Shown here piece by piece: positions 34,475 to 47,915 of a stretch of DNA of 64,000 bases; positions within the stretch are counted from its first letter, which is position 1; every line of letters begins with the position of its first letter. The DNA is taken from contig CM060734.1 of NCBI GenBank assembly GCA_030704615.1, positions 10,106,001-10,170,000 of the forward strand, read 5' to 3'. Under the pieces are notes generated by a model. It was given only the letters and a program-made list of their open reading frames with translations, had not been told where the DNA came from and searched no databases. This stretch comes from Takakia lepidozioides (Eukaryota > Plantae > Bryophyta). The position numbers and the translations under genes were made by a program.

Positions 34475-37400
34475 TTGGTACATGAAGAAGATCAGCCACG
34501 AGGGGAAAGATCCGAGGTACATCCCTGGGTTAAAGATTTGACAGAAATCTTTGATCTGAGTTGGCATGGAACACCAAGAGCAGGAATTCCAGTTTCTAAA
34601 ACACAAGCCAAAGAAGGAGAGGAAGATGTGGCAGAGCCAACGGAGAGTTCAGACTCTCCAATACCACTTCAGTTGCGTTATATGAGTGAGGAAGAAGAAA
34701 TCCAACAGAAGAACTTGGAAGATGAAAACAGAGAGAAGAATTTGGAAGATGAAGAGTATGAGGAAGTAGACCCAACAGTTGAGGTTGAGACTACAACCAA
34801 GACATCCCAACCTATTGGACCTGGATCAAGTGTACACATCAGCCAATTTGAGCACATGTGTATTGTGAACAATGAGAATGGCGATGATGCCAAGATGAGT
34901 TTGTTTCCTTGTTCACTTATCAAGAAAGCAAGTGAATGGTATGCAAGGTTTCCTAATAATCATTTCCTAACCTGAAATGGTCTTAGTACAACATTCCGAA
35001 ACATGTTCATGACAAGCAAAACTGAGGATGAAGTGTATGGGAGTTTACAACAGTTAAGGCAAAAGAAGCATGAAACTGTTGAAGAGTACATGGAAAAGAT
35101 GGAGTTAATGATGAAAAAGCTGGCTGTTGTACCGGCACCAGGATTACAGAAGACTTGGTTTGTGAGTGGGCTAAGACCTAAATTACAAAAGAAAGTGGAT
35201 ATGCTACCACATAATACAGTGGAGGAGGCATTCAAAACAGCCAACAGAATTGAGCAATTGGGAATGCTTAGAAGAGATAAAAGGGATGATGACGACTCCG
35301 AAGATGAGTAGGAAGGAGAGCAAGAGCTCAGGAGGAAGAGCAAGAAGAAGGAAAAGTTGAAGAGGGACAACTATGAAAAAAGATTGGAAGAAATCTTGAA
35401 AAAGTACGCCACAGAGGCTGCAACACATTGGAGGAAGGGTGTTTGGTGTGCAAAGTGCCAAAATGAAGGTCATACCACAACTTACTGCCACATGAAGGAG
35501 AAACACTGTACTATCTGTAAAATGGATAACCATTCTACTGAGAATTGTTATTACAACAGAAGGACAGTTGCGATAGAACCTAGGCAAGTGAGGGTGCATC
35601 AAGTGCAACCCCAGCCAAGAAGAAACAATGATCAGGACCATTATGGTAGGCCTGGTGGATATAACAATGGTATGGCAGGAAGAGATAATCCAAGAGGGAA
35701 TTACCAAGGCAATTCCAGAGGCAACTATCAGGGTAATCCAAGGGAGAATTACCAGCCAGGGAATCAGGATTATAGAAATAATCCCAAAATAGACCAAGGG
35801 CGAGGACCCAACGGTGAGGAACTGTGTTACTATTGTAACCAGGCAGGACGTCGCAAAGCAGCCTGTCCATTCTGGATCAGACACCAGAATGAGATGAGAG
35901 CTCCTGTGAATGAAGGCCCAGTAGTGGCAGCTCACATGGTTATGCCATGTTTTGTACCAGAAGTAAGTACGATTATAGTTACCAGAAGCAAAGCTAAACT
36001 AATACCTCCAGTGGATGAGGAGGAAGATGTAAATGAAGATGGCAATGATGTGCCTGAAGATGTTGAGGCTTGGAGAGATGAGAAGGAACTGCACAAAGAA
36101 GTGGCTGATACCATAAGGGAAATGCAGAAGGATACTGATATCCCTATGGATTCTTCTGACTCTGAAAGAGAAGATGAAGAAGGTGAAGAGGAAGTGAAGC
36201 AAGAGGCTTCACAGGTGCAGGATAATGAAGGGACTTTGGCTGAAGTAATATGTCAGTCCAAAGCTGAGATTACAATTGGGCAGCTATTGGCTCTGGTACC
36301 CCATTGTAGACACAGGTTGTATCAAGCAATCAATCAGATTGCTCATGAATGGTTGAAGCTCATCAAACAACCATGCGTTGACGCAAGGTAGTTTGAGAGT
36401 CCTGCCAATGTCTCTTTTGCCTTCACTCGAACACAGACCTGAATAGCAGAGTGACAAGTTATAATGTGAAGCCTGAAGGGCGAGAAACAGTCATGGACTT
36501 TGATGATTCCATGCCAGTAATCCAATTGAGAATTGGAAACACAGACTTGACTGATGTACTGATAGATGGAGGCTCGGGAGTGAATATTATGACAGACCAA
36601 TTAAGGCAGAAGCTTGGTCTAAGTAACATGAAACCAGCCCCATTCACAGTAACAATGGCAGATCAAAAGAGTGTACAACCATTAGGCTTCATAAGAGGAG
36701 TAAAGATACAGATTCAGAAGATGATCTTTAAGATCATAGTGACTGTGTTGAAAATGGATGATGTCATGGAAGCTTACTCCTTATTGGGTCAACCATGGCT
36801 TAAACAGGCCAGGGTAATCCATGACTGGAATTCCCAGTTACTAACTGTGCATGATGGGGAGCACAAGATACAGATCACCACTAAGAAATATGGTAGACTA
36901 CCTGCTACACGGAGACCTCGTGGAGTCAGAGAGTATGACTAGAGGGGAGGGCTTGATGAGGAGCAGGAAGCTACACTGTTTGCTGCACACCCAGAGTGGG
37001 AGCAGGTTGCATAAATGCAATTGGGAGGCTTGAGTTGCTTTAAAGGTATCTGCTGTGGTGCAATAACAACAACACCAATTAAGGAGGAAACAAGCAGTTA
37101 CCCACCACATTTCTATGAAGAAAGAGATGGAGAAATAGAAATCCTAGAGGAACCAGCACTGTGAGTTTACAGGATGAAGTAGTGGTTGGATGGACAATCA
37201 CAACTGAAGAACAGGTGAGAGAAGTGAATGTGGGAACTGAGGAGGAACCAAGAATGGTGAAAGTTGGGGCTGACTTGGAGCCGGAATTCTTTGAGGAAGC
37301 TAAGAGCCTGTTTATCAAATACAAAGATGAATTTGCTTGGAGCTATGAAGATCTGAAAGGGATACCACCTGAGATCTGCCAGCATAAGATTGAACTAGAA

Positions 37401-39960
37401 CCAGGGTCAGTACCAATCAAACAGGCAAGGTACAGGATGAATCCCAACTATGCACAGAAGGTTGGGGATGATATTGTGATAGTTCCCAAGAAGAATGGCA
37501 AACTGAGAGTTTGTGTGAACTATAAGAAGTTGAATGATTGTACAAAGAAAGATCCCTTTCCTTTGCCATTCACAGAAGCTGTACTGGACATTGTGGCAGG
37601 CCATGAGATGTACTCATTCATGGATGGTTTCAGTGGGTATAACCAAGTACAAGTAGCTGAAGATGATCATGGAAAGACAGCTTTCATCACAGACTGGGGT
37701 GCTTATGCATACAAAGTCATGCCTTTTGGACTTTGTAATGCACCAACAACTTTCCAGAGAGTGATAAGTGAATCTTTTCAAGAGTATTTGGATGATTTCA
37801 TGCAAGTGTTCTTAGATGACTTCAGTATGTACAGCTCTAAGAATGAGCACTTGCAGAAGTTGGAGTTATGTTTGGCCAAATGCATGATGAGAGGTCTTGG
37901 TCTAAATCCAGAAAAGTGTACTTTCTGTGTGACCTCAGGGGACACATTGTGTGTAAGAAGGGACTGCTTGTGGATCCTAGAAAGACTGAGGCCATTAAAG
38001 CATCCCCATCAATAAATATTAAGGCTCTAAGAGATTCCTTAGACAAACCAACTACTACAGAAGGTTTATCAAGCGGTATGCACAGATGGCAGCACCATTG
38101 AGCAAGCTTTTGAAGAAGGATGCAGTGTTTGCATGGACAGCTGAATGCCAACAGGCATTTGAGGCACTTATAATGTCAGTAACAACTACACCTGTGTTGA
38201 TTAACCCTCACTGGCATGTGGTATTTCATGTACACTGTGATGCCTCAGGAGAAGCATTGGGGGTTGTGTTAGCCCAAAATGTCACAGGAAACATAGATTC
38301 ACCTGTGTACTATGCTAGCGGATTGTTGAACAGTGCTGAGAGGAACTATAGCACTACTGAAAGAGAAGCTTTGGCAATGATTTATGTAGTCAAGAAATTT
38401 AGTCATTATCTACTGGGAAGGAAGTTTATGTTTTATGTGGATCATCAGGATTTGATTTATCTGGTGAACAAGCCTTTGATAAGTGGCAGGATAGCAAGAT
38501 GGTTGATTATCTTGCACGAGTTTGAATTCGAAGTTGTTTGCAAGTCGGGATGTTTGCATCTTGTGGCAGATCATTTGTCACGCCTTTCAATAGGAGAGCC
38601 CGCCACATGAGTAGACGATCAACTGCCTGATGCCAGTTTATTCGCAGTGGAGGTGCAGGGAGCAGATGATTGGTTGGATTGGCAGTGGCCAATCAGATAC
38701 TACCTTACTCATGGTCAGTGCCCACCCAGTTATGGGAAAGAGCAAAGGAAAAGAATAGCTATCAAGGCATTACCATACACTATGATAGGTGGAAGATTGT
38801 ATAAGCTAGGACCTGATGGAGTTCTTAAATGATGCTTGTACCACCATGAGGTAAATAAAGTTTTGGAAGAAGTTCATAAAGGAGTGGCTGGCGGTCATTT
38901 TGGAGAAGAGACTACCAGTAGGAAAATACTACTTGCAGGTTACTGGTGGCCTACTTTATTCAAGGATGTACACAAGTTTTGCAAGAATTGTGATGAGTGT
39001 CAGAGGCTAGGACCTTTGCAAAGATCTGGGAAGATGGCTTTGCATCCTATGATGCCTACTGAACCATTCCAGAAATGGGGATTAGACTTTGTTGGACCAA
39101 TTAATCCACCAGCCAGGAATACACAGAACAAGTATATAATCACAGCCACTGATTATACCACAAAATGGGTGGAAGCTAAGGCTCTGAGGGACAACACAGC
39201 TAAGTCCACATCAAGGTTTCTATATGAGAACATTCTCACAAGATTTGGCTGTCCCCTGGAATTTATCAGTGACCAGGGAAGTCATTTCATTAATGAGACC
39301 ATTGAACTATTGACTAAGGAGTTTATGATTGTGCATAGGAAGAGTGCAACCTATTACCCACAGGGCAATGGGCAGGCAGAGGCCACCAACAAAATACTAT
39401 GCACTATTTTGGCTAAGATAGTCAATGCAAACAGGACAGACTGGGATACAAAGCTGTTGACAGCTTTGTGGTCATACATGACTTCATATAAAGTCACCAC
39501 CAAGTATACACCATTCCAATTAGTTTATGGTATGGAAGCTTTACTTCCAGTGGAATTCTTATTACATACCATGAGAGCTGGATGGGGAAGGAGAATGGAA
39601 TTGGAGGATTCAATTAAAGTAAGGAAACATGAATTATATCATGTGGAAGAAGTACGTGCTGATGCAGTAGATAACATGACCAGAATTCAGATGAAGAGGA
39701 AAGATCAGTTTGATGAAGGTAAATTGAAGACTTTTAAGACGGGTGATTTGGTACTGTGGTTGCCGAAGAAGGGAAAGGTTAAAGCTTCTAAGCTTAAGTC
39801 ACCATGGAAATGACCTTATATCATACAGAAGATGTATGATAACAACACAACTATATTACAAACCATTAACAAAGAGATGCTTGGTAGAGTCAATGCCAAT
39901 AAGTTGAAGGGATACAGTGGTATCCATGATAGACCATTGCAGCATGATTTGCATCTTGAA
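34475..39960 (+). pseudogene. gag-pol with stops and frameshifts
   Basis: gag LFPCSLIKKASEWY and CX2CX4HX4C knuckles; PR LIDGGSGVN; RT DGFSGYNQ, MPFGL, FLDD; RH CDASG, TEREAL; INT GGHFG..CDEC, WGLDFVG, SDQGSHF, NGQAE. Confidence 0.92.
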
Positions 39961-40932
39961 ACACAGATGCAGTCACAGGCTACACCAGTAGCACCAGCGG
40001 AGCATGAAGCACTTGTCATAAAGCCGAATGTGAATGGTCATAGCAGAGAACACAAATGTCCACACAGCCATCACAACCCACCACAGTCTAACACAACATA
40101 TCACAGCTTACCACAGCCTGTTACAGCCCAACACAAGCAACACAACCCACACAGGTCGTACAGTCCATAGGGGCAGTGACAGATGGACGCAAGATAACGT
40201 CAGTTAGCTGGCCGGCAAGTGTAAAGACAATTTGGAAGTCAAATTCGAAGAATATGCCACGCGGTCAGAGGAAAACGGAAAAGTGTTTGAATTCAAACAC
40301 GTGGCCTAAGGGGCAAAGCACTCCGCATTGCATGTACTGCAATAACGGCCGTCATCACACAAGAAAACAAACAGGGCCGTCAAAGTACCTACCCGGTACA
40401 TCAGCCGAAACTTATTACAAGCCCATTAATGCATCAAGAGGACAAGTAACGGAACCCTTTACGCGTCCGGCAAAGGGGAACCTTTGCCACATATGCAGTC
40501 CTAGTGGTCATTCCAAACGGGAATGTGAACAGATTAGGGTAAAAATGAGAAGTTACCTAATGAGGCAACGACCAATCAGCAACGTGAATTTTGTGCAAGA
40601 GATTCCATTCAAGAAACAAGAACAAGAAATTAAGAAGATTATGAGCGGAAGAATAGGTGTTATTCCGGATAACCGATGTCTCGACGGGAGAGGCAATCAA
40701 AGCTATAGCTTTGTAGCTATGGCGGATATCACGACTATACACTAGCTCTACTTCTTATGTAGTGGTGCAAGGAAAGACAGGTTGAAAGTACTTTCTCTCT
40801 CACTCACTATTTGCAAGCCCCGTAGGCTTACACTCACTTGCCTGTTCCATTCTGTGCTAACCACACTTTCATGCTCTACGCCTTACAAGCTTTCCTATAG
40901 TTATTCCAAACAAAGCCTTCTTGTTTGTCCGG

Positions 40933-43900
40933 GATGAAGAGAATTAGAGAGATGGAGGATCTCCGGGTGAAGAGCACGACGATTCTACGTAAGCAAACAA
41001 TCGCTACACCACAGGCAGTGCAGCTGTTGAAGGAGTTGCGGTTGGAGGGGTTGTTACGCAAAGAGTGGTCTTTGCATCATTGAGATTTGATGATCCAGTT
41101 CATCAAGAACTTTGAGCCACGGACAAGAGTTACCCAGGTGAAGGGCGTAGATATACATGTTACTCTGCAGTACTTGCAACAACTTTTTGAACTACCATCT
41201 GGTAATGTGAGCGTGGATGAGCACATGGCAAGATTGCAAATAGGAAATCTTTTCCAAGAAACGAGTTTCTTCAGGAACCAGAGATTCACTTGCACCAAAG
41301 CCGAGTATCCAGGGTTGAGGGAGATTGGCCAGATACTAAACATTATGTTTGCCATGAAACAGAATCAACAGTATCTTAGCAGATCTTTCACGGAGGAGGT
41401 TCTGAAAGCTTTGAGAGAAGAGGTGTAGCTTGGGCGGAGATGATGTACAGTGGTCTGGTGGAGGAGATGAAATGGTTACAAAATACTGCTGCCAAGTCCC
41501 CAATCATTGTGTTTGGCCCAATTATTGCACAGATTATCTTTGATTCTTGCTTGTTTGATGCCCGAGAACGCAAAGTAATGGGGGTGTTTGAGGCAGCCAC
41601 AACTGCAGTTGAGGAGCAAGGCTCTTCATGAGGTGAAGGGGGATTGGAGGGGCAGCACCAGTCCAAGAGAGAGAAGAGGGACGCAATTGTAGTGGCAGAT
41701 CCACTCGCCACAATGAATCCTCAAGATGATGTTTCCATAGCTCCTGTGCAGGATGAGGAGCAGCAGCACAATGGGCTGTTATTACTGGAAGCACGGCCAT
41801 CAGGGAAAGAGGAAGAAGTCACCTCAGTACCACAGCCACCACAGCAAGCTGACCCGGTTGCCCCAGGGGTAGCTCAGATTGGAGATGTTGTTACACCGGA
41901 GTCTCTTACTGTGGAGAGAGAGGGGTTGGACATTCCCACTACAGAGCAAGTAGTGGCAGAAATTGAGAAGGGGCGACCTTCTCTATGAAAACTCTGGCAT
42001 GGTCGGAGAACCCATAGTACCAAAGATGCAGAGTCTGCCCAAGGAAATCCCTGCTATGCAGGTTATGCCCAAACCTGTGGCGGAGGTTAAAGGGGTAAAG
42101 GGTAAGGGTACTGCAGCACCTTGGAGGATGAGGTTGCTCAGGAAGAAGATCTCGTGGGATCATGGCCTGACTGGTTTGTGAAACATCAAACTGTGGAGAA
42201 TCAGGAAGAACAGTAGTAAATTCTCCATGAAGACCCACAGCAGGCCATGCTTATGAGTTCCATAAGCAGGACTCTCAATCTGTTGGGCACCTATGTCAAG
42301 ACTCATGTTCCTTCCACTCAATTGGCAGCATTACGGGAGGAGCTCAAGCAAGAGTTTGAGGCAAGAATTGCCACTGAGTGTGCAAACAAGATGGATGTAG
42401 AGGCCAACCTCAAGTTGCAGAAAGAGTTGGAGGACACTAAAGCTGCCCTACAGCTTGCGAAGGAAAATTTAATTGAAGCAGGTTTTGAGCAGGAGAAGTT
42501 GCATGAAGTGCATAAGCAATAGCTATATCAATTGCAGGTTAAGCATGAAGGCAAGTTGCAGGAAGTGAAGTTGCTTCATACAGAGTTGGAAGCAGTCCAT
42601 CAGAAAATGACCATACAGTGTGCCACACTAACGACTAATCTGGAGCTGACTGCACTAGAAGTTAAGAACCAAGCTGAGAGATGTTTAATGGCGGAGACAG
42701 AGTCAATGGAGCAGGTGAAACTCATTGCTGACATGAAGGCTACTATCTGTCACAGTGAAGATACTACTCAGCAATTCCACCAGGTCGATGCCCAGAAGGA
42801 CAGGTACATCTTTGAGTTGCAGCAAACCATCACAGTAAGGGACAATGAACTTTCTGTGAGTGAAAAAGCCTGGAAAGAAGTCAATAATCTGTCAGTTGCC
42901 TATGCAGCTCTGGTTGAGCCTCATGCAAAGCGCATGGAGACTTTACAGCAGCAGTTGGACACATACAGACTCAAGGAGGAGCAGGATCTCCGTGGTGTTA
43001 CACAGAACTTGGTGGATAATTATCTTTTGCAAGAGTGGTTAACACAAGGGCCAGTGGAAGGGAAGGCACCAAGAAAGCTCACCCAAGATGAGATGAATGA
43101 TCTCAGGCTACGGGTGCAGAACATTGCCACAACCACTATAGACAATGTCTATAGTTGGATAGCTGAGTTGCAGGAGGATGTGGAAGGGTTGCAGACTCAA
43201 GTGGATGACTTGAGCTCCAACATTGATAAAAAGGGCCTTTGTTGCTGAGGAACAGCTCATGGCTACTTATTTGCACGTCAGGTCTTTGATTTTCCAATCT
43301 TCAGCACAGGAAGTGCAGGACTTGCCAACATCAGGAGGGACTGTGGCAACCGCATTACAGCAACCGCGCCAGGTCGACAGTGTTGATACCATGGCACTGC
43401 AGCAATCACTGTCTCAGGTTTGGGGTGATGCTTCTTTTAACCCACCTACTACTCCTGCTGCACTTGAATACAATTGGGCTATGATTCTACCCTTCAACCA
43501 AATTCCCATTGTTATGGATTTGGCTTGGAAAGAATTCAGTCCTCCAGAGTCTTTGGCACACTATTACCAGATTATGCGCATTTGGTTGCCAGTGGCAACT
43601 CGGACTAAAGTTCTTCCAAATGACAGACCCATTGAAGATCACCATTTTGCACGGTACTGGTCTGAGGCAGGCACCATGCTGAAGGAATTAATTGCCTTCC
43701 AGATTGTTCATGGATACATCTACACCAAGACCAAGGAGGTACCTAGTTTGGTCATGGGTTGTGGACTGTATTATGCTGTTTGTTTTATTTTCACGCTATC
43801 ACATTGAGCAGCAAAAGATGCAGATGAGATTTCAGACTTATTCCAATGGGGAGCATTGGGTGTTACCTTCAGTTCCATCACATACATATCTGTATGATGT

Positions 43901-44189
43901 AAGGATCATGCTTCAGAAGGATCCCCAACTTCGTTCTTGGTTTACTTTTGCTCTGGAGAATTTGGTCAAGGAAAACTTGGGTCTTGACCACATTTTTCCT
44001 AAGGGGCATGAAGCCAAAAAGTGGTTAGACTTTTCCAATGTCATTGGCACACCACTCAGCTATACAAACGATGAACTGAGGGCATACACTAATTTTGCCA
44101 GAAAGCGGTTGATACAAGTCTTAAAGTTTAAGCTTCCAGACAAGGTGGGCATACACTGTATGCCACTCAGGATTCCTGAGAGGGTTTAA
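40933..44189 (+). pseudogene. Degenerate 3' accessory ORF(s) at the env-like position, with a coiled-coil centre
   Basis: Collinear same-strand ORFs 41087-41428, 41440-41631, 41644-41988, 41963-42181, 42247-42522, 42532-43248, 43223-43807 and 43692-44189, separated by single stops or shifts. Confidence 0.65.
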
Positions 44190-44197
44190 GGTGCAAG

Positions 44198-44720
44198 CCT
44201 AGGGGATGATGTATGTATTGACTCTCGGGTCCAGCGCAAGTTCAAGGGCAGCCTCCTGATGCCTAACATTGGTTATGGGTCAAACAAGAAGACAAGGCAC
44301 CTAGGGGATGATTTGTGGACTCTCGGGTTCAGCGCAAGTGCCTAGCATCGGTTATGGTTCAAACAAGAAGACAGTGCACCTAGTGGATGATGTATGGATT
44401 ATGGGTTTCAGCGCAAGTCCAAAGGCGGGATCCTCATGCCTAACATTGGTTATGGGTCAAACAAGAAGACAAGGCACCTAGGGGATGATTTGTGGACTCT
44501 CGGGTTCAGCGCAAGTTCAAGGGCAGCATCCTCATGCCTATTGTTATGGGTCAAACAAGAAGACAATGTACCTAGTGGATGATTTGTGGACTCTCGATTT
44601 TAGCGCAAATTCAAGGGCAGCATCCTCATGGGTCAAACAAGAAGACAAGGCAGTCGTTTCGTCAATTTCTGTTACACAATGTTGAAAGACCCGGAATTCC
44701 TCCTCATGCACAAACGAGAG
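44198..44720 (+). repeat. RPL32: Five ~80-100-bp tandem units of PPT + ribosomal protein L32 (eL32) coding fragment
   Basis: Unit 1 translates [29 protein letters not shown]. After unit 5 the sequence continues FRQFLLHNV..EFLLMHKR. Units start with cctag(g/t)ggatgat at 44198, 44300, 44379, 44477 and 44571. Confidence 0.88.
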
Positions 44721-44894
44721 TCAAATTGATTTTGTATGTTGTTGTGTAATGGTCCTGATGAAAAACCATAAAAGTTGTAGTGCTCTCGTAAGACACATGA
44801 GCACATTTCTACCTCACTGGCAGGGGCAGCAAGATGCATTGGAGTCCAAACCATGTTTAGCGTGGTCAGGTGGTTTTTTGCGGGAAGTATAGTT

Positions 44895-47800
44895 CGGAAC
44901 GGCCCAAAAGACGATGATCATCCCTCCCTTTGGCACGTATAGATGTTTTTGCTTGTACCGGAGTAGTCCATTGTGCAAGTGGAACTGCGACTTAAACCCC
45001 CAGCCTCAAGTCCCTCATCACGGACTTTGCCATCTCATCATTTCGATAAGACTTCCGGATCTTCCTTTGCAGCTCCGTCTCGCCTCTATACACCAACATG
45101 AGCTGTTGCTTTCTACTCAGAGCATCGGTCACCACATTGTCCCGTCCCGGTTTGTACTAGATATCCACGTCGAACAATGCCAAAGTGTCTTGCCACCTAA
45201 TTTGTTTTGGGGACAACTTAGGCTATGTGGCAAAATACTTCACCGTGACATTGTCCATGAACACCTTCACCGGGTTGGAACCAACATAGTGGCGCCAAAG
45301 CTCAAGGCAATGCACCACCGCCTTCATTTTTTTCTCATGCGTAGGCCACCGTCGCTCCACTTCATTCAGTTTCTTACCTCGTAAGCCACTGGACGTCCAT
45401 CCTGCATTTGCATACCCCCCATTGCGAAGTCCGACGTGTGGATCTCAAATGGACGGTCGAACTCCGGGATCTTCAAGACTGGAGCTTCCGCCATCCGCTG
45501 CTTCAACTCACTCCATTCTCGGTATCACCTCAATCATATGGTCGACCCCTCTTCGTGGTGGCAAATCCTCCGACATCACATCTTGGTATTTCTCCAAGAT
45601 CCCCTTGATCCAATCTGGGCTTGGCTCCCTATTGACTTCTCTTTCCACTTGCCTCACGTAAAGCAAAAACTCAGGCTCGTGTGACCCCTCCACGGCCCAC
45701 TCCTTTGCTGACAATATATTTATTCGCCCTCCCACACGATTGGGCGTATCCGATTTCTCAAAACTTCACTACGTCCCCACACGGCAGCGTGACCAACCGT
45801 TTGCGGCCATCTATGACCACTCCGGATTTGCTCAAAAATGACATCCCCAAAATGAGATCCACTCTATCGATCTCGTAAATAGTGAAGTTCTCACGCCCCT
45901 CCCAACTTCCTAGCTGAAGAGGGACGTTGAACGCCACCCTCGTCGCTAGTTGTGATTCTCCCTTAGCAGAACGCACTTCAATAGAAGCCCCCACATCACT
46001 CGTCGGGAGTCCCAACTTCCGTGTCGTTGTCGGTGTCATGAAGGTGTGCGACGCTCCTGTATCCACCAACAACGACACGTTAGTTCCGGAGACTACCCCG
46101 CACACAAACATCAGCTGACTTTCTTTACGCAAAGCTCCCGTCTCCTGATATAACTCACAAGAGTAGTTGCCTACCTTGCCAGTCTTGGCGACCACCGCCT
46201 CCACCAAGCGGCTGATGGAGTCTTCGGACAGCTCCGTGGTCACCCGGATCATGTTCAATTGTCGGGGCTTCGCTCAAAGGTCACCTTCTGTCCGCCGTAG
46301 GCCACCGCACCCGATTCTTTCGGAGCACCGGGTGCCGCCTTGACGTGTAAAGGCCCTCCCTTCGATTTCCATGTGCCATTGTCGCCGCGTGGCCTATCCC
46401 ACTTCTTTTCCGGTCGAAAGGAGTAACCCTCCCGCCGGACCTTCTTGTGGTTCAGCTCCGTACGGCCCTGCCTTTCGCCCCTAGGGACATCCGAGAAACA
46501 TTCAGCCCTCTCAATTGCCTCGTTCAAAGTCTTTGGTGGCCTCTCCTCCAACTTCCGCTTGGCCCATGGACCAATCCCGCCACAAAGTTGAAGACCATTT
46601 CTGGTTCCGCCATATCCTCGACTTCGAGCAAATATAGCACATTGAAAGCCTGAACATATCCCCGAATTTCATCCGTTTGCTTCAAGTTCCTCATCTTGTC
46701 CCGGGCGAGCCAGGACGCGTTGAGGGGCACAAACTGTCTTTTCATAATTTCCTTGAACCCACTCCAGCTCAAGGTTTATGGGGTTTGGCCCTTGGTCATG
46801 AAGGTGCTTCTGCCACCATTGTTGAGCGTAGCCCCTCAAATAGGTGGGAGCCACTTCCACCCGATCCTCGTCACTCAATTTGGCCGCCCGGAAGTACTAC
46901 TCCAGCTCCAAGAGCCAGGTATTGAGTGCCTACAAATTTTGGACGCCCTCGAAGGTGTCGGGTTCCTTAGGCTTCACCTTAAACTTCGTCTTAGTGGAAG
47001 TGGCATTAGCCGCCCTCATCACGTTTTTTAGCGTCCCGCCAAACTGTGCCAACAACCCTTCCGAAAAGGCTGCTGGCATGGGAGGCATCTGTTGGTCTGG
47101 CGGAGCCTTTGGGAAGTCCTCGGGCTCTGACTCCCCTGATTCCTCCCGCTCTTGAGCGGCCTCGCTTTCAGAAGCATAAATCGCCTATTCCATTTGCCGC
47201 TTTGGTGACACGTCGCCCCCACCGGGCTCTTGAGAGAGTGCCACGATGGCCCGCTTGCAGGCCACGGTGGAGCTAAGTGCACCGCGGCACTCTGGAAGAA
47301 AGAGTATTTCTAGCCCAAACTGAGGGAGGAGGCTGAGGAGTATGTCAAGACATGCACCACATGCAAACAAAACCGGAGCGAGTATAAAAAGCAAGCGGGG
47401 CTGTTACAACCTTTACCGATTCCAGAGGGGTCTTGGGATAGTGTCTCAATGGATTTCATGACTGCTTTGCCGATGTCAAAATGATTCGATGCGATCATGG
47501 TGGTGATGGATAGGTTCAGTAAAATGGAACATTTCATCCCCACCAAGAAGACGACAATGGCGTAGGAGACGAGGCGACTTTACTTCGCCCACGTCTTCAA
47601 GCATCATAGACTCCCGAGGATATCGTCTCAGACCGCGATCCAAAGTTTACAAGTAAATTTTTTAGGGCACTTTGAAAGAAGATGGGGACGAGGCTCAAGG
47701 TGAGCCCGACCTTTCGACCTATAATGGATAGCCAAATGGAAAGAGTAAACTCCGTGGTGAAGCAACTCTTGCGGAATTATGTGTCGGCAGACCAGTCGGA

Positions 47801-47915
47801 CTGGGTGGAGCACTTGGATGCGGCAGAGTTCTGTTATAATAACACAGAACACTCCACAACGGGGGCTTCCCCTTTTGTATTGGTCTATGGAAAAGCACCT
47901 CTAGTTGTGGCCCCT
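44895..47915. mobile_element. Degenerate, internally inverted and RT-deleted copy of the chromovirus family at 52478
   Basis: gag-PR-RH on the minus strand (44920-47227) and the integrase core on the plus strand (47228-47915), both highly similar to 53278-57125. Confidence 0.88.

Larger units (their letters stand above)
33531..44215 (+). mobile_element. Non-chromovirus Ty3/gypsy element with extra 5' and 3' ORFs; 5' part probably continues at ~20650-21151
   Basis: gag-PR-RT-RH-INT order, long sense 3' ORF region, and PPT-like AGGGGATGA|TG at ~44201-44211. No LTR pair found. Confidence 0.85.

Noticed and set aside
44198-44720. CRISPR-like or functional RPL32 interpretation
   Set aside because: The units are homologous along their length with no unique spacers, and the RPL32 sequence is partial and broken.
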